Under the pieces are notes generated by a model. That model searched no databases, was not told the DNA's origin, and saw only the letters and a program-made list of their open reading frames with translations. 64,000 nucleotides of DNA. Source: an uncultured delta proteobacterium (GTDB lineage Bacteria; Desulfobacterota; Binatia; UBA9968). The position numbers and the translations under genes are program-made. Shown here one piece after another: positions 29,387 through 39,030 of the stretch. Position 1 is the first letter of the stretch, and every line of letters begins with the position of its first letter. Location of the stretch: assembly GCA_963745835.1 (NCBI GenBank), contig CAVUZH010000015.1, forward strand, positions 64,001 to 128,000, given 5' to 3'.

Positions 29387-30361
29387 CTACTTCCGGTTCA
29401 ATTCCTGGATGAATCCGCTGTCCTCGAGTTGCTTTACAAACCGCAGATCCATGAAAGTCTCAGGATTGAAGTTCTTGGCGCGGGGATCGCGAGTCGCGAC
29501 CTGATCCAAGACAAATCGTATTCCGCCGATTGTCGGATAGGGCACGCTGGCTAGCTTGGGCGCGTAAAAATCCACCGTGGAGTTCAGAATTTCAGGATCT
29601 TTGATGCCGGTGTATTTGCTGGTTACCTGCTTCGCCAGCTCGCGATTGTTTTTGTATAGGGCGATAGACTCGGTATAGGCGCGCACGAATCTCTGGACAA
29701 GATCCGGCTGTTCTTTGATGAAAGTTTTCTTGGTGACAATCCCGACAAAGGGGAACTCCAGGCCCAGCGCGGCGATGTCGGCGATTTCCTTATAGCCCAA
29801 CTTCTTGGCATGATCCGTAAACGGATCAGCCAATGCGCCGGCGGCAATCCGCCCGGATTGAATGCCGCCCATAATCCCCGCATAGTCTTCCAACTGGACT
29901 AGAGCCACATCTTTCTCCGGTTGCAGCCCCGCTTTTCTGATCGCGAAACGCGCGGATATATCGGTGTTGGAACCGTAGCGCGTCACCCCGATTGCTTTGC
30001 CCTTGAGCTCTTCCATTTTGGAAACCTTGCCCATGATCACGATGGGCGTAGTGTTCAGAGCAACGGCGACCATCGTGACGTCAAAGCCAGCGACACCTGC
30101 CGCGAGAGCGGCCGGACCCCCCATTTGCGCTAACTGGATCTCTCCGGCGACTAACGCCTGGCCCATTGTCGACCCGCTACGTATGTAAGCGACCTCAGTG
30201 CGCAAACCATTTTTCTCGAACAGACCAGCTTCACGAGCCAGCCAAAGGACTGCATGCGGTCCTGACGTGGCAGCGTATCCCGACATCACCCGAGTTAATG
30301 GTTGCGCTGTGACATCGCTGGTCGATAGCAGCAAAAAAAATGCTATCCAGAGTCGGCTCAT
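29387..30361 (-). CDS. NMT1/SsuA-like solute-binding protein
   Basis: Signal peptide; EAGLFEKNGL, ELKGKAIGVTRYGS, PDLVQRFVRA. Confidence 0.88.
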   Translation of the reverse strand: MSRLWIAFFLLLSTSDVTAQPLTRVMSGYAATSGPHAVLWLAREAGLFEKNGLRTEVAYIRSGSTMGQALVAGEIQLAQMGGPAALAAGVAGFDVTMVAVALNTTPIVIMGKVSKMEELKGKAIGVTRYGSNTDISARFAIRKAGLQPEKDVALVQLEDYAGIMGGIQSGRIAAGALADPFTDHAKKLGYKEIADIAALGLEFPFVGIVTKKTFIKEQPDLVQRFVRAYTESIALYKNNRELAKQVTSKYTGIKDPEILNSTVDFYAPKLASVPYPTIGGIRFVLDQVATRDPRAKNFNPETFMDLRFVKQLEDSGFIQELNRK

Positions 30362-30460
30362 TTTGCCCTCCCTTACTTGATTCTCAGGTCTCTATCGCAG
30401 TATAGGATTAAGCCATCAGCGTCAATCTTGTTGCCGGGCATACAAACAAAGGAGCTGCGA

Positions 30461-31447
30461 ATGAAATACGGCCGTCACTTTTTAGCCGCGAGCCTAATTG
30501 CTCTCGGAGTGCTGTGCCAATCCGCCATTGCTCGTGCGGCAAACATCAACGTCGTTTGGACCAGCGAAGTCGGCCAGTTCGCGCCGCTCTGGATTACCAA
30601 GGAAGCCAAACTGTTTGAAAAGTACGGCAATCAAGTTCAGCTCATTTTCATCCAAGGCGCCGCATCAGCCGCTGCCGCGTTGTCTTCCGGCGACGCTCAA
30701 GTCGGCATGTTCTCGCCGCAGGTAGTAATTTCGACGCCGGCATTGGAACTGGTCATGTTCGGCCGGCTTGGCAACACCATGGACAATCGTATTTACGCCA
30801 GGAAAGGCATCAAGAGCCTCAAGGAAGTCAAACGCATCGCCATCAGCCGCTTCGGCAGCAACGCCGACTTTGCCGCGCGTTATCTCTTGCAGCGCGAAGG
30901 ACTCAGACCCGATACCGATGTGGCGTTACTGCAGGTCGGCAATCAGGCCAATCGAATTGCCGCAGTCGAGACCGCCAACGCCGACGCCGCCATGCTCACC
31001 CCGCCGATGACCTTACAAGCGCGCAAGCTCGGATTTTCCCTGATCGCCGACGCATCCAAGCTCGGTATCCCTTATTCCAGTCTGTTCTTCGTGTCACGCC
31101 GGCCTTATCTTGCAAAGAATCGCGCCGATCTGGTGAATTTCACCAAAGCCATGATCGAAGGGGTACACTATTATAAAGCCAACAAAGAATTCAGCATGAA
31201 AGTCATCGGCAAATACATGAAAGTCCAAGACCGGGAAGTGATCGAAGAAAATTTCCGCGAATATGATTTCCCTTTGAAACCTTACCCTGCCAAAGAATAT
31301 TATGATTTGCCGATCCAGGAAGTCGGCAAGAAGGATCCGAAAATCCTCAAGGAAGATCCTGAGCGTTTCGCCGACCAGTCTCTGGTCAAAGAACTCGATG
31401 CCAGCGGCTTTATCGACAAGTTGACTAAGGAATATAAAGTCAAATAA
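30461..31447 (+). CDS. NMT1/SsuA-like solute-binding protein
   Basis: AAGGAG RBS; signal peptide; EAKLFEKYG, IAISRFGS, VKELDASGFID. Confidence 0.88.
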   Translation: MKYGRHFLAASLIALGVLCQSAIARAANINVVWTSEVGQFAPLWITKEAKLFEKYGNQVQLIFIQGAASAAAALSSGDAQVGMFSPQVVISTPALELVMFGRLGNTMDNRIYARKGIKSLKEVKRIAISRFGSNADFAARYLLQREGLRPDTDVALLQVGNQANRIAAVETANADAAMLTPPMTLQARKLGFSLIADASKLGIPYSSLFFVSRRPYLAKNRADLVNFTKAMIEGVHYYKANKEFSMKVIGKYMKVQDREVIEENFREYDFPLKPYPAKEYYDLPIQEVGKKDPKILKEDPERFADQSLVKELDASGFIDKLTKEYKVK

Positions 31448-31501
31448 CGAGCCAACAGAGTAGCCGGTTGTATCACACAGCGGAAATCTGAGGAGGATCC
31501 T

Positions 31502-32596
31502 ATGGCGACAGTTCGAGGCGCAACGCTTCTCGGTCCGGATAAGCTGGAGCTTCGCGAGTATCCCATGCCCGACATCCCTGCCGATGGGGGGCTGGTCAAA
31601 GTGGAGATGGGCGGCGTTTGCGGCACGGATGTGAAGTATCTGCACGGTAAGCTCAAAATCGATTATCCAATCATTCTTGGACACGAAATTCTCGGTCGGG
31701 TGGAGAAGCTCGGCAAGAACGCCGCGGCGATTCACCACGTCAAAGAAGGCGACCGCATCATTCTAAAGGGCGCTCTGGGCTGCGGCCGCTGCTCGGATTG
31801 CCGGCGCAACAACCAGCGCTTTTGCCGTCAGCGGACCAACTACGGCGGCCGAACCAAATGCGATCAACCGCCACACCTGTTCGGCGGCTTTGCGGATTAC
31901 ATTTACCTGGCCCCTGACGTTCTTGCCACCAAGGTAAGCGATGCGTTGCCCGCCGAAGCGGCGGCGCTAATCGGCTCGGTGATGGCCAACGGCTTTCAAT
32001 GGGCGATCCGGCGCGGCGGCGTGAAAATGGGCGACTATGTTTTGATCCAAGGTCCCGGACAGCAAGGGCTCTCCTGCACATTTGCCTCGCGCCATGCCGG
32101 TGCGGCGAAAGTCTTTATCAGCGGCATCGGCCGCGACCAACCGCGGCTCGAGTTGGCCAAGAAGTTCGGCGCTACCCGTACCATCAATGTCGAAGAAGAA
32201 GACGTCGTCGAGGTCATTCGCAAGGAAACCAATGGTGAGATGTGCGACGTGGTCGTTGATGTGTCAGGCAATCCTAACGCGATCTTAAAGTCCGTCGATT
32301 GTCTCCATCGGCAATCGACTCTGGTTCTGGGCGGCTTAACGGGTGACACCACAGTGACACCCATGCTGATGGATAAACTGGTTTGGAATGAGATCAAGCT
32401 ACAGGGTTGCTTTACAGCAGACAACGACGCCACCGAGGCAGCGCTGCGGCTAATTGAAGAGACGAAGTTCCCGGTTCAAGAAATGGTCAGCCATACATTT
32501 CCATTAAAAGAAATTGAAAAGTGCATTCGCGCCGTCGGCGGTGAAATTCCCGAGATGTTCCCGACCAAAGCGCTGATCAACCCCGCCTTAGGTTAG
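31502..32596 (+). CDS. Zinc-dependent alcohol dehydrogenase (MDR family)
   Basis: CGTD, LGHE, CGRCSDC...C, GPGQQG. Confidence 0.93.
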   Translation: MATVRGATLLGPDKLELREYPMPDIPADGGLVKVEMGGVCGTDVKYLHGKLKIDYPIILGHEILGRVEKLGKNAAAIHHVKEGDRIILKGALGCGRCSDCRRNNQRFCRQRTNYGGRTKCDQPPHLFGGFADYIYLAPDVLATKVSDALPAEAAALIGSVMANGFQWAIRRGGVKMGDYVLIQGPGQQGLSCTFASRHAGAAKVFISGIGRDQPRLELAKKFGATRTINVEEEDVVEVIRKETNGEMCDVVVDVSGNPNAILKSVDCLHRQSTLVLGGLTGDTTVTPMLMDKLVWNEIKLQGCFTADNDATEAALRLIEETKFPVQEMVSHTFPLKEIEKCIRAVGGEIPEMFPTKALINPALG

Positions 32597-32619
32597 GCAA
32601 CGCAGAGTCTCGAACTCGC

Positions 32620-33390
32620 ATGATCGAAGGACTCAAGGACAAAGTCGTTATCGTCACCGGCGGCGCCCACGGCATCGGCAAAGCGTACTGCCTCGGCTTC
32701 GGCCAGTCAGGCTCGCACGTGGTGGTAGCGGACATCGATAAGCCGGCCGCAGACAAAGTCAGCGCCGAAATCATACAGCAAAAAGGCGCCCATGCGCTGG
32801 CGCTGCACACGGATGTTGCCGACGAGAGATCAACCAAGCAGATGGCCGCCGCGGTAAGGCAACATTTTGGCCGAATCGATGTTTTGATTAACAACGCTGC
32901 GATCTTCGCAACTATCCCCATGAACCGCGGGCGCATAGAGACCATCGACCCCGCCGAGTGGGACCGGCTCATGGCAGTGAACCTAAAAGGGTTGTTTTTC
33001 TGTTGCCGCGCCGTGCTGCCGAGCATGCGGGCGCAGAAATCCGGCAAGATCATCAATATCGCTTCGGGAACGGTGTTCGCGGGAAGCCCGGGAAGAATTC
33101 ACTATGTGACATCTAAAATGGCCACCATCGGCTTTACCAGGACGTTGGCTCGCGAGGTCGGCGATGACAATATCAACGTCAATGTTCTAGCTCCGGGGAA
33201 TACGCTGTCTGAAGAAAACCCCAGCCAAGAGGTCATTCGTCTGCGCGAATCCTCTGCCGGCTTGCGGGCATTGAAGCGCATACAGATGCCGCAGGATGTG
33301 GTCGGCGCCATGTTGTTTATGGCCTCGCCGCTGAGCGACTTCATTACCGGCCAGACGGTGAATGTCGACGGTGGCATTTCTTTTTTGTAA
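32620..33390 (+). CDS. SDR family oxidoreductase
   Basis: TGGAHGIG, NNAA, HYVTSK. Confidence 0.94.
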   Translation: MIEGLKDKVVIVTGGAHGIGKAYCLGFGQSGSHVVVADIDKPAADKVSAEIIQQKGAHALALHTDVADERSTKQMAAAVRQHFGRIDVLINNAAIFATIPMNRGRIETIDPAEWDRLMAVNLKGLFFCCRAVLPSMRAQKSGKIINIASGTVFAGSPGRIHYVTSKMATIGFTRTLAREVGDDNINVNVLAPGNTLSEENPSQEVIRLRESSAGLRALKRIQMPQDVVGAMLFMASPLSDFITGQTVNVDGGISFL

Positions 33391-33412
33391 GGGTAATGAA
33401 CGCGCTTACTTG

Positions 33413-33565
33413 AATCATGTGGCCGTCGGATTCCCTCGTGAGCGTCTCCCTGACATGTTCAGTCACGACCTACCGGAGTTCTTAGGACGCACGGACATCA
33501 GCCAGGAAAAGAAAAGGGCAATCCTGCACGACAACCCGGCACGCTTTTATCGGCTAGAGATCTGA
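33413..33565 (+). pseudogene. C-terminal remnant of an amidohydrolase_2 family gene
   Basis: With one base restored it reads IMWPSDFPRER...DISQEKKRAILHDNPARFYRL, the usual SDFPH...IL.DN.AR.Y tail; no N-terminal part present. Confidence 0.7.
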
Positions 33566-33590
33566 TCAGCTTGAAAACGGAGGAACTCAC

Positions 33591-34349
33591 ATGCGCTTAA
33601 AAGATAAAGTTGCGATCGTCACCGGCGGCGGCGTCGGTATCGGCAAAGCATACGCCCACGGCTTGGCCAAAGAAGGCGCCAAGGTCGTGGTTGCCGATAT
33701 TCAAGAAGCTGAGGCAAAAAAAGTCGCCGCCGACATCAAACAGTCCGGCGGCGAAGCCATGGCAGTGCCGGTCGATGTGACTTCATTCGACAAAGCTCAA
33801 GCGATGGCTCATGCCGCGATTAGCGCCTATCGGCGAATCGACATCTTAGTCAATAACGCCGGACTTTACTCTGCGCTGAAAAAGAAAAATTTTATGGAAA
33901 TTGACAGCGACGAGTGGGACCGGGTCATGGCAGTAAACGTGAAAGGCTTGTTTCACTGCGTCAAAGCGGTTTACCCCGCCATGAAACAACAGGGCAAAGG
34001 AAAGATAATCAATATCTCATCCGGAACAACCTTGAACGGCTCGCCATTCTTTCTCCATTATGTGTCATCCAAAGCTGGCGTGATCGGCTTCACTCGAGCG
34101 CTGGCACGGGAGGTCGGCGGAGACAACATCTGCGTTAATTCAATCATGCCGGGCCTGACCATTTCCGGCGCAAATCAGGAAGGCGTCATGACCGCCGAGC
34201 AATTGGCAGATCGAAGAAAGCGTCGCTCGATTCAGCGCGATCAGTACCCTCAGGATCTGGTAGGCACGGTGATTTTTCTCGCATCAGATGACAGCGACTT
34301 CATGACCGGCCAGTCGATTAGCGTCGACGGCGGCATGAATATGCATTGA
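33591..34349 (+). CDS. SDR family oxidoreductase (paralog of 32620-33390)
   Basis: TGGGVGIG, NNAG, HYVSSK. Confidence 0.94.
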   Translation: MRLKDKVAIVTGGGVGIGKAYAHGLAKEGAKVVVADIQEAEAKKVAADIKQSGGEAMAVPVDVTSFDKAQAMAHAAISAYRRIDILVNNAGLYSALKKKNFMEIDSDEWDRVMAVNVKGLFHCVKAVYPAMKQQGKGKIINISSGTTLNGSPFFLHYVSSKAGVIGFTRALAREVGGDNICVNSIMPGLTISGANQEGVMTAEQLADRRKRRSIQRDQYPQDLVGTVIFLASDDSDFMTGQSISVDGGMNMH

Positions 34350-34420
34350 ACGCGTAAGAGAACGGTAGAGAGACCCTTGCAGAGAGCAACGCAAGCAGCA
34401 AGACGGTGTCAAGCCTTGCA

Positions 34421-35671
34421 TCAGTCAAATACCATACTGGTAAAGGTCACTGCTGAGGCTGTTTCGGGAGTAAAGGCTTGGCTATATTTTAATCGTTGTC
34501 CGTTGCCGTCCTTGAGCAGGTGAATCAGCGAGTACAGCGGTGAGAACCCGCAGATCCGTCTTTTATCTTGATCTTTTGCGATCTCATGAAAAAATCCCGG
34601 CGCGTCGCGGGCCGCCAGACGCTCCACCAGACGATCATCCTCGGCTTCAACCCATTTGAGAAAATCTTCCGTGATTGGTTCACCGTCACCGAACTGGCGT
34701 CCGACGTGCGCCAGATCCACACCAGCGATCAAACACACTTCTCGTCTTTCATTTTCAACCAAGCTCTTGAGCGCGCCGAGAAACGTGCCGACAGTCGGAG
34801 TTCTTTCCGGCAAAGTTTTGCTCGCTACCATCGCATGAAACGAGGAAACGAGAATCGGTAGAATCTTGAAGGGTCTCTCGGGTTGAGATAGCAACTCGGC
34901 GCGCCGCTGCGCTAGGTACTTCAAGAAGACTACCTGGAATTCGAGAGAATGCTCACCGCGATGGAGATACTCGTCCGCGAATAGATCTTGCTCGCAAATA
35001 CTCTGCAGCTGTGAAACAAACGCTTTGTCGGTTTCGACGATGCCGAGCGGAGTTTCAAAATCTTTGAGCGTCAGGATAAAAGGATTGTTGCCGCCGCAAT
35101 GAGAAGTTCCAAGCAGGATGTATAAGTCAGCTCCATCGCTCTCTAGAAGCCGCTTGTAGGCCCACGCATATGCAGGGCCACCACGATGAAAATCGATATG
35201 CGGCGCGACAATCGCCCGCGGGGCCGTTCTCCTGCCATTTGCTACATCCAGTCCGGGACCATCCGCTGAAGTAAAATATCCGTCGAGCTGAGCCCTCAGG
35301 CCAACAGCATCATCTGGGTATACTCCGCCCATGTGCGCCGGCGCGCGCGTCGGCCGGCGACAAAAAGCTTCGATGACACTCTTCTGATACTCGGCGAATC
35401 GTTCACTGACCATGTAATAGTGCTCATCGAGCATGTCGATAAAATTTTTAAGTTCATCTGTGAGCAAGACCGTACCGAACTGCTTCGAGAAGATTTCTTG
35501 GATGTCGATAAAAGAATGACGGCCGTCGAAATGAGCCATGAGAAAATAGCCCACAGGAGAAACTCCCAACGGAGTGGCTAGATTGAGCGGATCTTTCAGA
35601 TAGATCAGGTTGTTGCCGTTTTGTTGAACAGGAAAGGCCTCAACGGCCCGCAAGCGGGGAAAACTATTCAT
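34421..35671 (-). CDS. amrB: AmmeMemoRadiSam protein B (MEMO1 family) with PqqD/RRE-like N-terminal extension
   Basis: IVAPHIDF, LGTSH, FETPLG, HRGEHSLEFQ, DLAHVG, ICG. Confidence 0.9.
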   Translation of the reverse strand: MNSFPRLRAVEAFPVQQNGNNLIYLKDPLNLATPLGVSPVGYFLMAHFDGRHSFIDIQEIFSKQFGTVLLTDELKNFIDMLDEHYYMVSERFAEYQKSVIEAFCRRPTRAPAHMGGVYPDDAVGLRAQLDGYFTSADGPGLDVANGRRTAPRAIVAPHIDFHRGGPAYAWAYKRLLESDGADLYILLGTSHCGGNNPFILTLKDFETPLGIVETDKAFVSQLQSICEQDLFADEYLHRGEHSLEFQVVFLKYLAQRRAELLSQPERPFKILPILVSSFHAMVASKTLPERTPTVGTFLGALKSLVENERREVCLIAGVDLAHVGRQFGDGEPITEDFLKWVEAEDDRLVERLAARDAPGFFHEIAKDQDKRRICGFSPLYSLIHLLKDGNGQRLKYSQAFTPETASAVTFTSMVFD

Positions 35672-35754
35672 CGTTACGAACAAAAGTGCCTGCGATCAAG
35701 CTTCGATAGGACAGAAGCCAGACCGCTGCCGCGCAGCGAGTTCGCGAGCAGTTG

Positions 35755-36054
35755 TTAACCGATTCCGAGTCTCTGCTTTGCCTCGTCACTAATTCTGCTC
35801 GGATCCCATGGCGGATCCCAAACGAGATCAACGGTGGCATCACGAACACCTTCTAGAGCGAGAATTTTTTCTTTGGCATCGGCAGCGATCATCGTCCCCA
35901 TGCCGCACCCGGGCGCGGTCAACGTCATTTTCACCGCGACACTGTCGTCATTCACTTCGACCTCATAAACTAGGCCCAGATCGACTATATTGACCGGAAT
36001 TTCGGGATCGTAACATTCGTGAAGCGCTTCGTAGACTTGTTCTTTAGTGACCAT
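35755..36054 (-). CDS. DUF59/SufT-type Fe-S assembly factor
   Basis: YDPEIPVNIVDLGLVY, MTLTAPGC, VWDPPW. Confidence 0.92.
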   Translation of the reverse strand: MVTKEQVYEALHECYDPEIPVNIVDLGLVYEVEVNDDSVAVKMTLTAPGCGMGTMIAADAKEKILALEGVRDATVDLVWDPPWDPSRISDEAKQRLGIG

Positions 36055-36103
36055 TGATTCTGCTCCTCCGGATTTTTCCGGCAAAATATTCCACGGAATC
36101 AGA

Positions 36104-37204
36104 CTAGCTCGAAACGATTTTCAAACCTTGAGTTTGCTTGGCGCGTTCCGAAGCAATCGAAAGCTGTCCGGCCAACTTGGCCGCGATCTCTAGAAAAATT
36201 TTGCTTACCTCCGAGTTCGGATCCTGAATGAGAATCGGTGAGCCCTTATCGCCTCCTTCTCGGAGCGCGGGAGTAATCGGGATTTCGCCGAGGTAGGGAA
36301 TGTTAAACCGCTCTGCCGCCCGGAGAGCGCCACCACGGGAAAAAATTTCGTGGTTCTTGTTACAACCATCGCAAATGAAATAACTCATGTTTTCCACGAT
36401 GCCAACGATCGGAATCATCACTTTGTCGAACATGCTCTTGGCCCGAATGACATCGGCGAGAGCAACATCTTGCGGCGTTGCAACCAACAGCGCGCCGCTG
36501 ACTTTTAACTGCTGCGAAAAGGTAATTTGCACATCGCCGGTTCCCGGCGGCATGTCAACGACGAGGTAGTCCAATTCGCCCCAATGAACGTCGGCCATGA
36601 GTTGGTGCAGCGCCTTGCCGAGCATCGGACCGCGCCAAATTACCGCCTGCTCCGGGTCGAGGAAAAATCCAATCGACATCACCGGCACGCCATGAGCTAT
36701 CGTCGGAGCGATCTTGGACACTCCGTTAATCTCGATTTTCGACGGCTCACCTTTGACGCCCATGATAATCGGCACGGAAGGTCCATAGATATCGGCGTCA
36801 AGTAATCCGGTTGCGGCGCCATGTTTTTTCAGAGCCACCGCCAAATTAGCCGCTACCGTGGATTTACCGACACCGCCTTTACCGGCGGCAACCAGCACCA
36901 CGTTTTTAACCGAAGGGAGCAGATCTGTTTGGCCCTCGCCTGCCTTGCTACCGCGCACCTGCGCACCGAAGCTTATTTCAAGCTCTTTGATCCCGGGAAC
37001 TTCCGCCAATGCCTTCTTACAATCCGTTTCGATGGTCTCGCGCAAAGGACAAGCCGGGGTGGTTAATTCAACGGTGAAACTGACCTTGCCGTCATTCAGG
37101 ACGAGGTTCTTCACCATTCCAAGACTTACAATATCCCGGTGAAGTTCAGGGTCCTGAACCTTCTTTAAGACGCCGAGAATTCTCTCCTGAGATAAACTTT
37201 CCAA
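36104..37204 (-). CDS. mrp: Mrp/NBP35 (ApbC) Fe-S cluster carrier ATPase
   Basis: N-terminal DUF59 with TPACP; GKGGVGKS, DADIYGPS, DMPPGTGD, ENMS, CDGC. Confidence 0.95.
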   Translation of the reverse strand: MESLSQERILGVLKKVQDPELHRDIVSLGMVKNLVLNDGKVSFTVELTTPACPLRETIETDCKKALAEVPGIKELEISFGAQVRGSKAGEGQTDLLPSVKNVVLVAAGKGGVGKSTVAANLAVALKKHGAATGLLDADIYGPSVPIIMGVKGEPSKIEINGVSKIAPTIAHGVPVMSIGFFLDPEQAVIWRGPMLGKALHQLMADVHWGELDYLVVDMPPGTGDVQITFSQQLKVSGALLVATPQDVALADVIRAKSMFDKVMIPIVGIVENMSYFICDGCNKNHEIFSRGGALRAAERFNIPYLGEIPITPALREGGDKGSPILIQDPNSEVSKIFLEIAAKLAGQLSIASERAKQTQGLKIVSS

Positions 37205-37221
37205 TGGGACTCCTTTGATAA

Positions 37222-37251
37222 ACTCTAGACTTATAAGGTCTATGATGTCAA
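37222..37251 (-). promoter_or_regulatory. sigma70 promoter of the mrp operon with overlapping TAGAC-N7-GTCTA operator
   Basis: Minus-strand TTGACA-N18-TAGAGT; inverted repeat at 37226-37242. Confidence 0.65.
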
Positions 37252-37384
37252 CAGCACTGGTATGTCAACAAAAAGCTGACAAACGAGTCTAAATATTTAA
37301 TCAGATACGCTCGAGGTGGTGCGTGATCGCGTCCAAAAAGTTGCCGGGGAAAATGCCTTTTGCTACACTTGTTTTTCTTTACGA

Positions 37385-37560
37385 CGCTGTCGGACGAGCC
37401 GACGCGGGCGCGGCGATCGGCGGCGCGTAATTCTTGGATCGGGTGCTTCGGTGGAAATCGTTTACAAGGCCAGGAACAAAAACAGCGGAGCAGCGGCGCC
37501 AAATCGATGAAAACCAAGCAGAGTTGGAGCGGCAAAGACGCGACTTGGAAAGGGCTCAAA
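37385..37560 (+). pseudogene. Degenerate glycine-zipper paralog fragment
   Basis: GCGGGCGCGGCGATCGGCGGCGCG and CAAGGCCAGGAACAAAAACAG mirror 37783-37870 of the next gene, with a stop and indels. Confidence 0.6.
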
Positions 37561-37614
37561 TCGGCGAATACTAATCCCGGACCGCAAAATCAAAACAGAG
37601 TCGAGAGAAATACG

Positions 37615-38325
37615 ATGAACAATTCTCCTAAATATCTTACAGCAGCGATGATCGCACTGTCGATCGTCGCAGCCGGGTGTGCCGGTGGATCATTAAGTAC
37701 CCGAGAAAAAGGCGCCGGAATAGGTGCGCTGGGCGGTGCGGCTGCCGGCGGGATTGTCGGCGCTGCGGTCGGTCACGCCGGCGCTGGCGCGGCGATCGGC
37801 GGGGCGCTTGGCTTGGGTACAGGAGCTCTCATTGGCGACCAACTCCAAGGGCAGGAAATAAAACAAGCCGAGCAGCAAAAGGCCATCGATCAACAGCGGG
37901 CCGAGATTGCTAAAAACCAGGCGCTGATTGATGAATTGAAAAAGCGAAATATCGAGGCGCGTGAAACTAGCCGAGGCGTAACGGTCAATCTTCCCAACGT
38001 CAACTTTCAATTTGATAGCGCTGATTTAACTCCGGATGGACGAGATCGAGTAAATCAAATCGCCAATATCCTTCAGCGAGAGGCGCCGAATCGCAAGGTC
38101 ACCGTGGAAGGCCACGCAAGCCGCGAGAGCGCCGCCCAAGAATCTTACAACCAGCGGTTGTCGGAGCGGCGGGCAAGCACCGTAGCTCAATCACTCGAAC
38201 GCAATGGCGTCAACGGCGGGCGCATTTCATCGCAAGGGTTAGGCACTCGCGCACCGATCGCCAGCAATGATTCCGAGGACGGTCGAAGACAGAATCGCCG
38301 GGTGGAAGTGATCATTGAGAATTAG
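37615..38325 (+). CDS. OmpA-family lipoprotein with glycine zipper
   Basis: Lipobox AAGC; GAGIGALGGAAAG; FQFDSADL, VEGH, NQRLSERRA, GRRQNRRVEV. Confidence 0.92.
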   Translation: MNNSPKYLTAAMIALSIVAAGCAGGSLSTREKGAGIGALGGAAAGGIVGAAVGHAGAGAAIGGALGLGTGALIGDQLQGQEIKQAEQQKAIDQQRAEIAKNQALIDELKKRNIEARETSRGVTVNLPNVNFQFDSADLTPDGRDRVNQIANILQREAPNRKVTVEGHASRESAAQESYNQRLSERRASTVAQSLERNGVNGGRISSQGLGTRAPIASNDSEDGRRQNRRVEVIIEN

Positions 38326-38902
38326 CGGATCCGAAGCGAGGTTCGCTTCCGTTCATCATTCGCCGAATGTTACTGCGATGGCGGCATGTGATTGCCAAGG
38401 TAATGAAAGCAGCCATTCCGACTACTAACGGCGGGTAGGAAAACAGCCAAAATATTATCGGCGCCGCTACTGCGGCTAAAATCGAGCTTAGGGAAACGAT
38501 CCTGCTGGATAGAACCGTAACGACAAACAGCGCAACCAACACCAGCGTGGCCATTGGAGCTACAGCCAAGAAAACACCCAAGGCCGTGGCCACGCCTTTT
38601 CCTCCCTTGAATTTCAAAAAGATAGGATAGAGGTGTCCGAGAAACGCTGCCGCCCCCACCAAAACTGTTGCTGCCAGGCTCGCCCCGAGTTGCATCGCGA
38701 GAATGACCGGAAGGAACCCTTTCGCCGTGTCCGCGATCAGGGTCAAGATACCTTGACGCTTGCCTACTACTCTGGCGACATTTGTCGCTCCGACATTACC
38801 GCTACCGAGCTCTCTCACATCAATCCCTGACCTCGCTCCGACAATGAAGCCCACCGGCACGGATCCCATTAAATAACCAAACAAGATTAAAAGTATTTCC
38901 AC
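38312..38902 (-). CDS. plsY: Glycerol-3-phosphate acyltransferase
   Basis: YLMGSVP, GSGNVGATN, D..KG, GHLYPIF..FKGGKGVAT, HRSNI. Confidence 0.96.
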   Translation of the reverse strand: MEILLILFGYLMGSVPVGFIVGARSGIDVRELGSGNVGATNVARVVGKRQGILTLIADTAKGFLPVILAMQLGASLAATVLVGAAAFLGHLYPIFLKFKGGKGVATALGVFLAVAPMATLVLVALFVVTVLSSRIVSLSSILAAVAAPIIFWLFSYPPLVVGMAAFITLAITCRHRSNIRRMMNGSEPRFGSANSQ

Positions 38903-38955
38903 TTAAAGCTACCGAAGTTCAAAACCGCTGTCGCGACCAACTACAGTGCGCCGCC

Positions 38956-38995
38956 AAAAAAAAGCCCCGCACGGTGAAAACCGTGCAGGGCTTTT
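38956..38995 (-). terminator. Intrinsic terminator after the cupin gene
   Basis: A8-GCCCCGCACGGT-GAAA-ACCGTGCAGGGC-TTTT. Confidence 0.88.
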
Positions 38996-39030
38996 GAATA
39001 TTTATGCCAATTCTGGCGGGCAACAACCAA

